A stretch of DNA of 64,000 nt from Neodothiora populina (lineage: Eukaryota): positions 1,550,001-1,614,000 of the forward strand of contig NW_027191405.1 of the NCBI RefSeq assembly GCF_041146345.1, given 5' to 3'. Below the pieces are notes generated by a model that saw only the letters and a program-made list of their open reading frames with translations, did no database searches and had not been told where the DNA came from. Made by a program: the position numbers and the translations under genes. This document shows positions 14,179 through 26,900 of the stretch, piece after piece (position 1 is the stretch's first letter; each line of letters begins with the position of its first letter).

Positions 14179-14932
14179 GATCAAGGAGTGACAAAAGATC
14201 CAAATTCGGAACTCGAAGCACCGCATGAATACACACCGGAAAGATCAAGACGACAACAGATGCAGATTTCATACACAATCACGGGCACTCCATTCTAGAC
14301 ATACCTTCATATCTTCCCGACGACGGTCGAGGCTGTACAAGCCATTGCAGTGATGTATCTGCGTAGGCGCCCGGCCTGGCGCTTGAGGTAATGTGACGGG
14401 CTACTCAGATATAGTAGATCCACCTAATTCATGCAGGCCTGGATGATCATGGACAGATTACGCATTTCTGGTTTCGGTGGTCGAGCTACCGAGCATTTAC
14501 GGTATGTAAGTTGTGAGATTGTCTGCAAAACGTGTCAATTGGGGACGAAGGGAGGAACCTATCGGGGTGTGGTTGAGCATCATGGGATTACATAAGCGAT
14601 TCGAGGTACCAACCTTGTGGCTATTGCATTGGACACAATAGTAAGGTGTGGAAGTCGACGTACAGACAAATAGCCTGATCGGAGTCGCAAGCGTCTTGGA
14701 AACAATGGCACGTGGGACCGTCATAGTTGTCAAGGAACATTAAAAAAGTTTCAATTCAATCGCTAAAAGACGGCCACAGGCGCCGGTGCTCAGTACTTGG
14801 ACGTAGCTGTCATTCATGAAAAGAGGATTGTGGTGGGTGCAAGAAAAGACCACAAAACGTCAATCCAGGCCAATACGAAAAAGGGGAGGTGCTGGGTAAC
14901 AGCTCAAATTTTCAATCAGTCCCCGGGGTAAT

Positions 14933-16701
14933 TTACTCCTCGGCCTCGAGAGGAGCCTCCTCGTCGTACTCCTCCTCACCCTCGGAGACGGAAGCCTCCT
15001 GGTATTGCTGGTACTCGCTGACAAGATCGTTCATGTTGGACTCGGCCTCGGTGAACTCCATCTCGTCCATGCCCTCGCCAGTGTACCAATGCAAGAAAGC
15101 CTTGCGACGGAACATGGCAGAGAACTGCTCGCCAATGCGCTTGAAGAGCTCCTGGATCGAGGTCGAGTTACCGACGAAGGTCGAGGACATCTTGAGGCCA
15201 CGAGGAGGAATGGAGCAGAGAGCGGTCTGGACGTTGTTGGGGATCCACTCAACGAAGTAAGAAGAGTTCTTGTTCTGGACGTTGCGCATCTGGTCCTCGA
15301 CCTCCTTCATCGAGACCTTACCACGGAAGATGGCAGAGCAGGTGAGGTAACGACCGTTGCGGAAGTCTGATGCGGCCATCATGTTCTTGGGGTCAAAGAT
15401 TTGCTGGGTGAGCTCGGGAACGCTGACGGCGCGGAAAGAGTTGGCGCCGCGGCTGGTGAGGGGAGCGAAACCGACCATGAAGAAATGGAGACGGGGGAAG
15501 GGAACCATGTTCACGGCGAGCTTACGGAGATCCGAGTTGAGCTGGCCAGGGAAACGCAGGCAGGTGGTGACACCAGACATGACGGCGGAGACGAGGTAGT
15601 TCAGGTCACCGTAAGAGGGGTTGTTGAGCTTGAGAGTGCGCATGCAGATGTCGTAGAGAGCCTGTGGGTTGAGGGAGTCAGCAAAAGCGCGCCTTGTGGA
15701 AGTCTTTCATGTTCAACCAACCTCGTTGTCGATACAGAAGGTCTCGTCGGAGTTCTCAACAAGCTGGTGGATGGAGAGAGTGGCGTTGTAAGGCTCGACA
15801 ACAGTGTCAGAGACCTTGGGGGAAGGCATGACGGAGAAAGTGGCCATCATACGGTCGGGGAACTCCTCGCGGATCTTGGAGATGAGGAGCGTTCCCATAC
15901 CGGCACCAGTACCGCCACCGAGGGAGTGGGTGATCTGGAAACCCTGGAGGCAGTCACAGCTCTCGGCCTCGCGACGCACAACATCGAGAACCTGGTCGAC
16001 GAGCTCAGCACCCTCGGTGTAATGACCCTTTGCCCAGTTGTTGCCAGCTCCTGATTGACCGAAGACGAAGTTGTCGGGACGGAAGAGCTGGCCGAAAGGA
16101 CCGGCACGGACAGCGTCCATGGTACCGGGCTCGAGATCGACGAGGACGGCGCGAGGAACGTACTTGTTGCCAGAGGCCTGCATTACAGACGGTCAGTGTA
16201 CGTGTCAAGTGATCAGAAGGCTGTCGCCCGATATCGCTACCTCGTTGAAGTACACATTCATGCGTTCGAGCTGGAGGTCGGAGGTGCCATTGTAGCTGTG
16301 CCATGGTCAGCAAGGAGTTGCGCGAACATCAGGCAGGCATGGTCCAGCGCATAGATGCTTCTCGACATGTCAATGGAGCCAATACTTACACACCAGAGCC
16401 GTCAAGGCCGTGCTCGCCGGAGATGGTTTGCCAGAAGGCAGCACCGACTTGGTTACCCTATTGGAAACGAGTGTTAATGCCGTGTCCTAGCCGAGTGCAG
16501 GAGGTGTCGAGGGCGAGCAACGTACGCATTGGCCGGTCTGGAGGTGGACCTGTTTGGAGAAAGTTGATTAGCAAAGCGACGTTTGTAGATAACCGGTTGT
16601 GCTTTCTGTTGACAAGAATTGTTGACGCGGGACAGGGAGAGAGCTGATCACGCGTGTCCACAAACAAAAGACGACGAGGGAAAACATACAATCTCACGCA
16701 T
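14933..16701 (-). CDS. TUB2: Beta-tubulin, 5 introns
   Basis: [28 protein letters not shown] tubulin signature, [12 protein letters not shown], acidic C-terminal tail. Confidence 0.98.
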
Positions 16702-17153
16702 ATTGACTGTTGTATGAGAATAAAGAAGAAGAAGAAGCAAGAAGACGAGGACCAGCTACTACGGCTTGAATTCAACAGAGAGGTTGTCGTTAAAGTTGTC
16801 TTGTCGGTGAAGAGGTCGAAGGGGGTAGAGGTCTTGCAGAGCTGGGCAGGAGAAGGGGAGATGAGGAAGATGAACCCACAGATGAATCCACTCCACCAAA
16901 CGGCTCCTGCTCGCTTTTGGTGCCAAGCCTCTGCCCACAACAAACCAATCGCTAGCGTGATGAAAACAACAACCACAACCACAGCCATGCGTCTTGGCGT
17001 TGATCAACCCCTGTCCAGCAAGGCTACAAGTACTGTACAGTACCTTATTTCGAATCCTACTGCCTGACCTAGACCCTGTACAGTAAATATCTATAATTCA
17101 AGCCACGGCAAGCACATGCATCTAATTCTGACCAAGACCAACACACGGCAACA

Positions 17154-18401
17154 TCATCGCATCCACCTCCTCCCGATCTCCACCGCATGCTGCTTCTGCA
17201 GAACCATGACATGCACTCTGTGCTTCCCACTTTGCATGTGCTGCATGATATCTACCGGCTGGAGCTGATCGACAATCTTGTTGACCCCATCCTCGACCCC
17301 GAGACCGTCGTACAGTAGCCACCGGCCACTTCCATCTTTGACGGGCAGACAGCTGGCGGCATACCAGTGAGCTTGATTCGCTCCACGCCTATCGTCTCTG
17401 ATGACGAGTACAGCGGGCCTGTATGTCAGGCGGACAAGACGACTCTGCCAAGTCTTGACGCCTCCGCCTCCATCTTGCTCGTTCGCATACTCGACATCAA
17501 AAGTGACAGGGCTGAAGTACTGATCCATCATATTGTCTGGCTTGGTGCAACCATGACCCCACAGCAACAGATGCGGCATACGGTCAAGAACCACGCGTTG
17601 CTGCTTGGGCGGAGCATTGCAATAAGGGCAACGTACTCCGTCGGCCACGGCAGAACTTTGAAAGTAGTGAGCCAATTGAGCTTCGAGCGAACGTGAATTG
17701 TCGTCGTTGATGAAAATACCATCTGTATCCACGACCCGTTGTGTGCCATACGCCGGACAGGTGCTACACGATTGCAATACTGCTCTAGTGAAGGATATTT
17801 GATTCAAAGGCGTCACATCTCGTGACCACGCAAAGGCAAAGAGGTTCTCGATGTCCATTCCTTGTTTCGGTATATAATGCATGCGTGCGTCAAGTTTGAC
17901 AAGCTCCATCACATTGTCGCGCAGCATGTCGAGCTGTTGCTGCGTGAGTTTGAATAGAGGAAGCCGGAGATACTCGATGACAGTCCTCGATAATGCGTCC
18001 ATCTTGTTCAAGTCCGTGCTATCGACGATGGTGTCGCATCTCACGCGGCGGATCTTGCAAACTTGTGATATCCAGAGGAAAGTGTCGACCGCGCATGAAT
18101 GATCAGAGTAAGCTGGCGCCACCAACGCGAAGGGGTCGATTTGTTCAAGACCAGGACTACCATCAGGGAGCATGCGAACCAAGGCCAGGTCATCCCGCGA
18201 GTAAGGAGGATAGATCATGTACCGTGTATTCTGGATCTGCCGGAGGATCTTCGATACTGGCGGAAATCGAGCCAATGTCAATCCGAATCGTTCATACAGA
18301 TCAATGCGATGACCCAGGACGTCTGTAAGTATCTGGTCCTTTCTTTTCTCGAATCGCTGGAACGCGGCAGCGCGCAACACATCTTGGTTACTTGCAGACA
18401 T
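17154..18401 (-). CDS. Intronless hypothetical protein with a USP/C19-like cysteine protease motif order
   Basis: 415-aa ORF with DHSCAVD (Cys box), CSTC and CPYC (Zn finger pairs), RMPHLLL, AHWYA (His box) and WLLYDG. Confidence 0.6.
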   Translation of the reverse strand: MSASNQDVLRAAAFQRFEKRKDQILTDVLGHRIDLYERFGLTLARFPPVSKILRQIQNTRYMIYPPYSRDDLALVRMLPDGSPGLEQIDPFALVAPAYSDHSCAVDTFLWISQVCKIRRVRCDTIVDSTDLNKMDALSRTVIEYLRLPLFKLTQQQLDMLRDNVMELVKLDARMHYIPKQGMDIENLFAFAWSRDVTPLNQISFTRAVLQSCSTCPAYGTQRVVDTDGIFINDDNSRSLEAQLAHYFQSSAVADGVRCPYCNAPPKQQRVVLDRMPHLLLWGHGCTKPDNMMDQYFSPVTFDVEYANEQDGGGGVKTWQSRLVRLTYRPAVLVIRDDRRGANQAHWYAASCLPVKDGSGRWLLYDGLGVEDGVNKIVDQLQPVDIMQHMQSGKHRVHVMVLQKQHAVEIGRRWMR

Positions 18402-19496
18402 GACAAAGATGTACTCTGGACAGAATGTATCTAGCGAGGTATGGGATCTGACTCGGTCTTGCGTGGACTAGTTGATTTGCATATGTATGATAATGGAAAA
18501 GAAGAGACTGACCTACCGAGTCACGATTTATAGCATTCACAACTCACATTCCATCTTGCGCGGACTCGGTCTTTGTCGAGTGCCTGCATCCGGCGATATC
18601 ACTCGTCTGGCGTTCTAGTCGATATGGGAGCACGACAAAGCACTCGCAGTGCACCAATCGCTGTTGCTCGAAGGGTGAGTGGAACAGAGAAGCCAGTCGG
18701 GTGCACATGACAGAGCGCACAATAGATACTATGCTTGTACTCGCGCATACTGCGCTACAGCTCGTGCACGATATTGGTGCGGTAAGATGTGCTCAGTCTG
18801 GCATTGACTCATCTCAGACTTTGATTCGAGATGTGGAAACCAGAAACTATAAAGAACTATAAAGACAGAGCAGCTGAGCGGAGCTGAGCTGTTGTTGAAG
18901 TGAACAGCGGAGCGGTGGGGCCTGTGACCAATGTTGCAACGTTCTTGGGACAACCACAAGAGTCATGCTCCGCGTCCAAGGATTTGTCAAACTTCGACCA
19001 TGAAACAGAAACACTCAGAGCAAGTCCCACGAATATTCTGGATGTATTATGTCATCGACGGGGCACAGTGCCTTGTTATATTGCTGACTTGACCGACGAC
19101 CGGTGTGTAGTGTAGATGTGCTGTACTAAGGTGCGCCAAGGCCTCTGTCAGGTTCGGGGCAGACATAAACAGAGAGAGTTTCGGGTGTTGCTGTTTGGCA
19201 ATGCAAACGGTAGCGCGTCATTCCCCGACCGGTAGCACAAGCACAACCTGAACCCTCCATTACCTCCTCTGTCACCTCTGTCTGACCGAATTACGCTGCT
19301 GCTTCATATCGTTACGATCGTTACGCTATTGCTTTCTCATTCTAATTTGCTGCACTGTCTTTTTTCTTCCGCGAGTCTTTATTATTGCACCTATGCGCTG
19401 ACGCGCGCCCACACCTTTTCTTTCCGCATGCTGCACCCATACCTCACCAATCGGCCATTCACTGCTTGAATACACACCGGCCCCAGACTCCGCCAG

Positions 19497-22400
19497 ATGG
19501 ACTCGCCAACCAGCGACACTCGTCCAAGGAGTGGCAGTCTGATGAACGACCAGCAATTGGGTCAGCACCAACCTACTTTCTCTCCTCCTTATAAACTTGC
19601 ACATTCTCCCAAGAAACCTTCCCCTCTCAGGCAATGCCATATCGCATCGCTCCCAAAATTAAACGACATCTCACCCACCAGATCCCTTTCTAATGATTCA
19701 TCTCCCACGAGAGATCGACGCTTACGAGAACAAACTTCAGCCGACTACTTACGTGAACTACGAACCAACCGCGCCGCGAGACTCAATGGCTCTAGACCGC
19801 CTCCGCCTTCTCGGCTGGCCAGCAAGCATCAGCGTCCATCCACCAGCGCTGGCGAGACCATCACCTCTACTAACTTCACCCATGGCGGTGACGATCCCTC
19901 GGAGACTCCGCTCATCGACTATCGGGCACACAGCCGCTCAAAGAGTGTGGAGACGGGTGGACGCCATATCTTTGCTGGAAGACCCTTGGTGCCCACTCCC
20001 TCGGCAGTCGGCTCACTACCTGTGATATTGGATGACGATGAAGTGCAGAAAGATCACAGCACGCCACAGGTGCCGCCAACCGAAAGTACACGACGAGAGG
20101 CAGGACGACCCGATACCGACTCCCTTGTGAAGGCAATGGACAACGTACAACTAGAAGAAGAAAATAGGATACATGCCGCGGCTCAGGACGAAGCGGCTGA
20201 GCTTGTCTACAAGCACCGCTCCGGAGACTTTGACCTGGTCGCTCAGGCATATCAGAACCCAGACGTTAGCCAGCAAGAGCCCAGGAAAGACTATCGCGCT
20301 CATCTACGTACCCGCAGCGCTTTGCCTTGGAATAGCGTACCGGACGAAAGCACACCGCCCAAGATGAAATCTATAGAGACCGTACAGCGTCCGTCCACGT
20401 CGTCATCGCCGAGCTCACAGAGTCGGATAGCAAAGCCATTTGCTGCCACGCCCGCGACAGAAGATCCTTTCGTTGATGCCATCACCCCACCTTCCAGCTC
20501 CAAAGGAAAAAGCTACGAGGCCCTGGCAGGTGCTGTTGCCAGTGATGTCGCTCAGTCACGGCGAAGAGCAAGCAGCGGCGCCAACAAACGGAAAACAAGC
20601 GATGGACAGAAAGCTGCATTTCCCAGTCCTGGCAATCACATCTTCGACGAATCCGAGGAGCAGTTGAAACATGCACGGGAAGCCGAAGCAGAGAAAGCTG
20701 CGGAAAAGGCTGCAGAAAAAGCGCAAGTAAAGGTAGATGAGGTGCCTCGTCATGTGCGCCGTAACCCCTTCGCAAGAGTACGGCAAGCGCAAGAGAAGTT
20801 TGAGCAAAAGGAATCACCGTCAGGCTATAGTATCAAGCGCTTTGACAGAGAAGAGGACAGTACCCCGAGATCTAGCTCATCGCTTTTGAGAAGACATGAC
20901 AGGATCGAAATATATCGTAATCCACCCTCACAATCTCGAAAAGCTGGTTATACCACAAACGATCTGCAACCCATCACACCCCCACCCACCATGGAGACCT
21001 TTAGCGATGCAGAATCCAGCCCGTTGATGAAGGACGGCAAGGAGATTCGAGGCGACGATATACGCGCAGCCACCAGCATGAAACGCAAGGACAGGAGCTC
21101 CAACCTGATACAACCGACCGCTGTCAGTGATAGCCCCGGCAGACCCATCGTAAGCTTCCAATCGGGTTGGAAGACCAAGGAAATCGAATTGAAAGAGGAG
21201 CGAGTTGAGGGTTTTTCCGACCACCCTATTCGAGATCAGCCAACACCCCCTCCCGAGCCTGTCAACGCCAAGGCTATGCCATACTCACCTATTCGATCGC
21301 ACCAGTCGCCGTTCGCTCGTCCACGACCATCACACACAGCTTCTGCACCGGTTCCCATCCCGCAAATCTCCACACCAGATGCGCCTACCCTGTCAGACAG
21401 GAGTGTCCCTGTCGTCAACCTTCCTGGTGGTATCCCTACGTTCAGCTTTCCCGATGACCCTGACTCACCGTCAAAGACACTTCCTGAAGAGCCGGGTGTC
21501 CCGAGCATTATGCTACCAGGTGACGACGACAAATCGCCACAGAAGAGCTCTGCGCCACATGGGGCTAGGGACTCTGTCCACTCTCGACCGGTGACTAGCG
21601 CGCGCCCTCTTCCTACGGCCCCGACAAGAACGTCTCCGTCCAAGTCGTTGCGGTCTAGACCACTGCCAACAACGACCCAGACCTCGCCGCTTCCTGAAGT
21701 ATCCCGACCTCATTACACGCCGTCCGTAAGACGCACGACTGCGTTGTGCGCTCATTGTGCTTTACCGATCGCAGGTCGAATCCTCAGTGCGGCAGGTGAG
21801 AGATTCCATCCGGGCTGTTTCAAGTGCCACCAGTGCGGTATCAACCTCGAGTGTGTCGCATTCTATCCGGAGCCCGAGCAGAAGCGAGGCGAGAGGGTAG
21901 CACGGATTCGACAGCGTCAGCTGGGTCTTGACACCCACATTCCGGAGGGAGTCTCCGAAGATGACATCCAGATGCTCGAAGAGCATGATGGCGATGAAGG
22001 ACTCCGTTTCTTCTGTCATCTCGATTTCCATGAAATGTTCAGCCCAAGGTGTAAGAGTTGCAAAACGCCTATCGAAGGCGAAGTTGTGGTTGCATGCGGT
22101 GCCGAGTGGCATGTCGGTCACTTTTTCTGCGCGCAGTGCGGCGATGTAAGAATTGTTCCTCACACGCATGGTGCACAAGATGCTAACACTTTCATTGCAG
22201 CCTTTCGATTCCTCCACACCATTCGTAGAGAAAGAAGGATACGCGTGGTGCGTTGGATGCCACACCAATCGATACTCGGCAAAGTGCAAACGATGTAAGA
22301 AGCCCGTGACCGAAGTTGTGTTGAAGGCACTCGGTGCTGAATGGCATACTTCATGCTTCACTTGTAATGTGAGTGATCGATCTCGTGCGTTCTTGACCTA

Positions 22401-22525
22401 CTTGCAGTAACTAATCACGTTCACAGGAATGCGATGGCCAATTCGAAGATGGAAGATACTATCTTCGTGGTGCAGACCAGAATCCGGTGTGTGTCAGATG
22501 TGAAGAGCGGAGACTCAAAGCTTAG
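19497..22525 (+). CDS. LIM domain protein (paxillin-like, three C-terminal LIM domains)
   Basis: Long P/S-rich N-terminus followed by CAHC...FHPGCFKCHQC, CKSC...WHVGHFFCAQC and CKRC...WHTSCFTCNEC. Introns at 22146-22200 and ~22369-22426. Ends CVRCEERRLKA*. Confidence 0.9.
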
Positions 22526-23947
22526 ACCTCTTGATCAGATGTCTTGTTCATGAGACAATACTTCCTAAGTTCTAAATTGCATAGCGAGATATGAGGCGTT
22601 CTTTCTTCCTTGTTAATTTGCATAGCGATGGCGATGGATGATCTACTTGTTGACTTTATTACTAGCGAATGGTGTATGCTTTTAGAGATGCAGCTTTTCG
22701 GGACAGGAGTATCGTATATAGGGCAAGGGCCAAGGTGGATACTACAGCAGGTAGGTAGTTGTAAGTAAGGTACCCTACTGTACCGTATGCAACGGTCGGA
22801 TCTCGATAAGAACTTTAAATTGTGTAAACAGACCGACACGTCTTCTCGCGAACACAATGAAATGAGCTATCTGGGATATGAACAAATTCGCACCCGCTGC
22901 TACCTAATTACTGAGATATCCAGTAAGAGTTGTAAGTCTGCACTAATTCCAGTGATCATTCTCCCACCGGTCAGTGCATTGATAATATCACAAGGTGCAC
23001 TTCGATTGAGACCCCAAAAGGTACGTGCGTCATGTCAAGAAGGGCCCATGAGTCGCAAAAACAACACCAACAATGGCCCCTGAAAGCATGCACGTTTGCA
23101 TTTTATGCGGCCGATGCAGCCAATGCAGGTAGCCGTCTCCATTCCCACAGTGTGTTCAGGTTCCCTTCCAGAAGCCGAACGTGCAGCAGCTTTGCCTTGC
23201 TGTGCTGTGCAGTCACTACGAGCCGCCAGTCCAATCGTGTCGTTTTGTCCCCGTTGTTTCGTTCGTTCGTTCCGTGCCTTGTTTTTATCTTAAATTCCCT
23301 CCTCTATATCGTCTTCGGAAGCTAAACCCAGCGTCGTGCAGCCTCATCATACTTGTATATCATCATTGTCCGAGTTCCCACGCAACCAACCCATTTGCTT
23401 TCTGTAAATCACCGCCTAGATGACTCGTCTCGGCCCAGTCTTGCCTTTCATTTGTCCAATGTGTTACTACTCTGTTCTCGTGTATTCCTGCTGATCCTGA
23501 CTCTGTTTAATTTCCCGAGCCCTCGGTCTAAAATAACTTGTACCAAAGCTTCGGAGGCACTTGTCGACTCGCCCGCGCACCACTTTACTCAATCCGTACT
23601 CTATTACTACTGGACCCCTTGACTTGTGCAGTTCTGACAGAGGACGAGGACCAGGACGAGGACCAGTCCTGTGCATCGACAGCATCTGAGCGAGTCCAGA
23701 GTTCGCTCATTGCTGTTTGGTGCCGATCAAAGGTATAGCTCTTGAATACCATCTCCATTCTCCAATGCCCAAAGACCACCGCGGTGTTACTGCTGTCGCT
23801 GCTGTCACGGACACGGCCACGGACACGGCCACGGTCACGCCTGCAGCTGTTGTAGCAATTCTTGCGTACATGCTAGGACCAGCCATGCTGACTTGAGTCT
23901 TTCTTTTTCCTGCCACGATAGGTCAAGTCGACACGACGAACTCCACC

Positions 23948-26900
23948 GTGTCGCCCTCACTTCCGCCCACTGCTACGCCGCCCCGTACAGAGACAAGTAA
24001 ACCCAGGAACTATGTCAGTACTCTAACGAGCTCGCCTGCTCAATCTCTCTGGACTGCTCCCACCGGCAAGAGATCCGAAGACTCGTATTACGCCTCTTCC
24101 CCGAGTCCCGCACGACGACACTCGGTACGAGACCACGCACACTTGCAGCCTCGATTCACCGTCGACACTCCCTCGACCGGTCCCGCCAACTCTGTGAGAG
24201 ACGGTCTCTCAGAAGACGCCAACACCTACTACACCGCCAGCTGGGGATCGCCCTACCCTCTTGCTTCCAGAGAAGCCTTACTCGATTCCTCTGCCCGCCT
24301 CATCGCAGAACAAGCCAGGACAAGACCTCCCGGCAGTGGCAGCGAGAGTCCCACAGATATACCCCCATTTGGATTGGACTATTTACTACCCTCACGCATT
24401 CCCACACACAGTCGGGACGTCACTCCTCTTTTTGGTTTAGAGCATTTGATACCCTCACGTCTTCCTTTACAGCAATCACACCTTAATCAAGCCTTCCGGG
24501 AATCTCTTCCGTCACCAAGAGAGCCCTCCCTGCAGCCTGCAGACCTAACACCGGTCAGACACCAGGTCACGCGTAGCCTGACCGAGGATTGGGTCTACCA
24601 ATACACATCCGGTCATTGGCGTTCTGAACGGGGCAATTGGCTGAGCGACGAATCTGCTGGAAGCGACACTTCGTCAGAAAAGAGCGAGGACTTCAAGACA
24701 CCGATCCCATTCACTTGGTTCTCTGGACGTCATAGACGTCGGAATTCAACCTCGGTCGATAGTCCCTCATTGACTCGTATTGGCATCCGACGACCGTCCT
24801 CAAAGCACAGTAGTCAGACTACCGATAGCTTCAGGAGGCACAAGAGCAGGCAAAGCAACGTGACATTGAAACAGGAGGACTTTTGGAATATCACGAAACA
24901 GGACGAGTCCAAAGCAGAAGGCGATATGTCGCTCTTCGAAAGTAGATGGGCTGCTGATACAGCAAAGCAAACGCAAGAGGAAGACAACAAAGAGAACTTC
25001 GATCACAGTATGACGAGTAATTCGACACCGGCTTCTGCAGACCAGACCTCGGCCATGCGAGCGGCTGAAAAGCCACAGGTCCTCATGCAGAGGCCTGAAA
25101 GTGTAACCCAAATTGCCCACATAGACAAACCGCTGCCTCCTCCACCTCCTCCTGAGGAGGCCGAAGACGGTGTTGGGGTTTCCGATAAGGGTGTCTCAGA
25201 CAAAATATCCCATCCACCAGTCCCCAAAGATGCATTGTCGGTACCGCTGCCACGACAAAGAACAAAACTGAGTTGGAAGGGCAAAGCTTGTTGGGTTGGA
25301 TTGCCCGAGACTGGCCCCGATGCTTACGGTCGACCTATACCAATGACGGCCAGACAGGTAGACGAGCGAATCAAACGTTTCCAGGACGCCGGGTATAGCA
25401 CTCGAGGCTTCGATGTTGAGGGTTATTGGTCTGGCGGTGCTGTTTCGCAGAGCCGAACAATGTATCCTGATCCTTCCGACGATGCCGTGGCAAGACAGGA
25501 GAGACAATTTCAGGTTCGCGTGCCGAACCCAAGACTCTGGAAGGAGTACATGGACCAGCAAATCGAAGCAAAGCTTGCAGCTTTGGGCGTCAGTCTCGGT
25601 GAAGAGCCTGCCCCCGCGCCACCTCCTATGTCACGACAAGCGTCTGGTCATTTTCCAGGGAGGATCTCACCGAACAATATCGCCGCATCAATCGCTGCTG
25701 GCTCGCATCGGTCGACTCCATCGCTTGCTCATTTCAGCACCGCCGGCCATTCTCACTCCGCATCTGTAGCCTCACCTCTCTCGATGGGAGGCCCACCTGG
25801 ACATATGCAAAGACATTCTGTGTTCGGTATGCCGTTTGGCTTCCCTCAGCAACAGACGGGCCATTCTGGCCTACCTGCCTCCACCCCAGGCCAACATTTC
25901 AATATGAGTGGCATCTCGCGCGGCGAGTCGCCAGCCCTGGAGAGACTGAGATCGGACAGCGTAGGTCCCCTCAAATCACCGCACTCCCCGTTCACGGGTA
26001 TTCCACCATTTGGCATGTCCAAGAGTCCGCAGATGAATCCCGAAATGGTGAATGTGCCACCTCATCTGAGGCATCAATCTGTTTACTCAAGTTTCTCGCC
26101 TCAGCCTTCGATTACGCCTGGGATCCGACCTCAAGCTGTGCTTCCGGAATTGCGCGAGGACGAAGAGGAGCAGGTTCCAGATTATTTCGCCGGTGTCATG
26201 CCCGAGTCTCGTCAACCAGAGATTGCGCAGCCGAGTCCTCGTGGACGTGGTCACAGCCACAATATCAGCGAAGGTCTTGAAAAGGACATACAAGAAGCAG
26301 AGTACCACTTGGAAAGGTCGATCGAGCGCGAGATGAACGAAAGCGAAATCCATCCAAGATTTGGCGACAGCACTCGATCACAAGCGAAGCAAGCACAACA
26401 GGCATATGTTCCTCCAGGTAAGCGTGCTAGTCTGGGTATGAACGGTCAGATCGAGCGAACTCCTTCGGCGCCGCGTTTGCCATCCGAGGGACTGACTGGT
26501 GCAGGCTACGGAGCCCCCGGGCAGAACAACATGGTCAAGCCTAGAGGTCATGGATCTAAGCTCAGTGTCGCTGCGCCAGAGTTCAGGTTCCAACCTGGTG
26601 CATTCCCGCAGACTTTCGCTCCCGCTAGCTTTGCGCCTACGCCTGAGGAAACTCTGGAAGATGTTCACGTCCAAGTACCGAATCTGCCGCCAAACGGATT
26701 CGGTGGATTCGGCGGCACTACTTTGCCGTCTTCCAACTTCGATTTCTCGTCTTCTGTAACGCATATGCCCCCTGTCATCCCTGAGCCGACACAAACCGAA
26801 GCGCAGTTTCCTAGCATCTTTGGCAATGTTAGCATGTCCGATATGGTCAAGCCTGCCAAGAGATCCAAGGCTGTCGCTATAAAGGCTCCTAGTACCCCTG

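Noticed and set aside
15713..15860. Possible benzimidazole-resistance alleles in beta-tubulin
   Set aside because: F167, E198 and F200 read as wild type ([15 protein letters not shown]).
14889..16354. Long antisense ORFs over tubulin (and likewise ARF1, RPL1, RPL35)
   Set aside because: Expected from strong codon bias in highly expressed genes.
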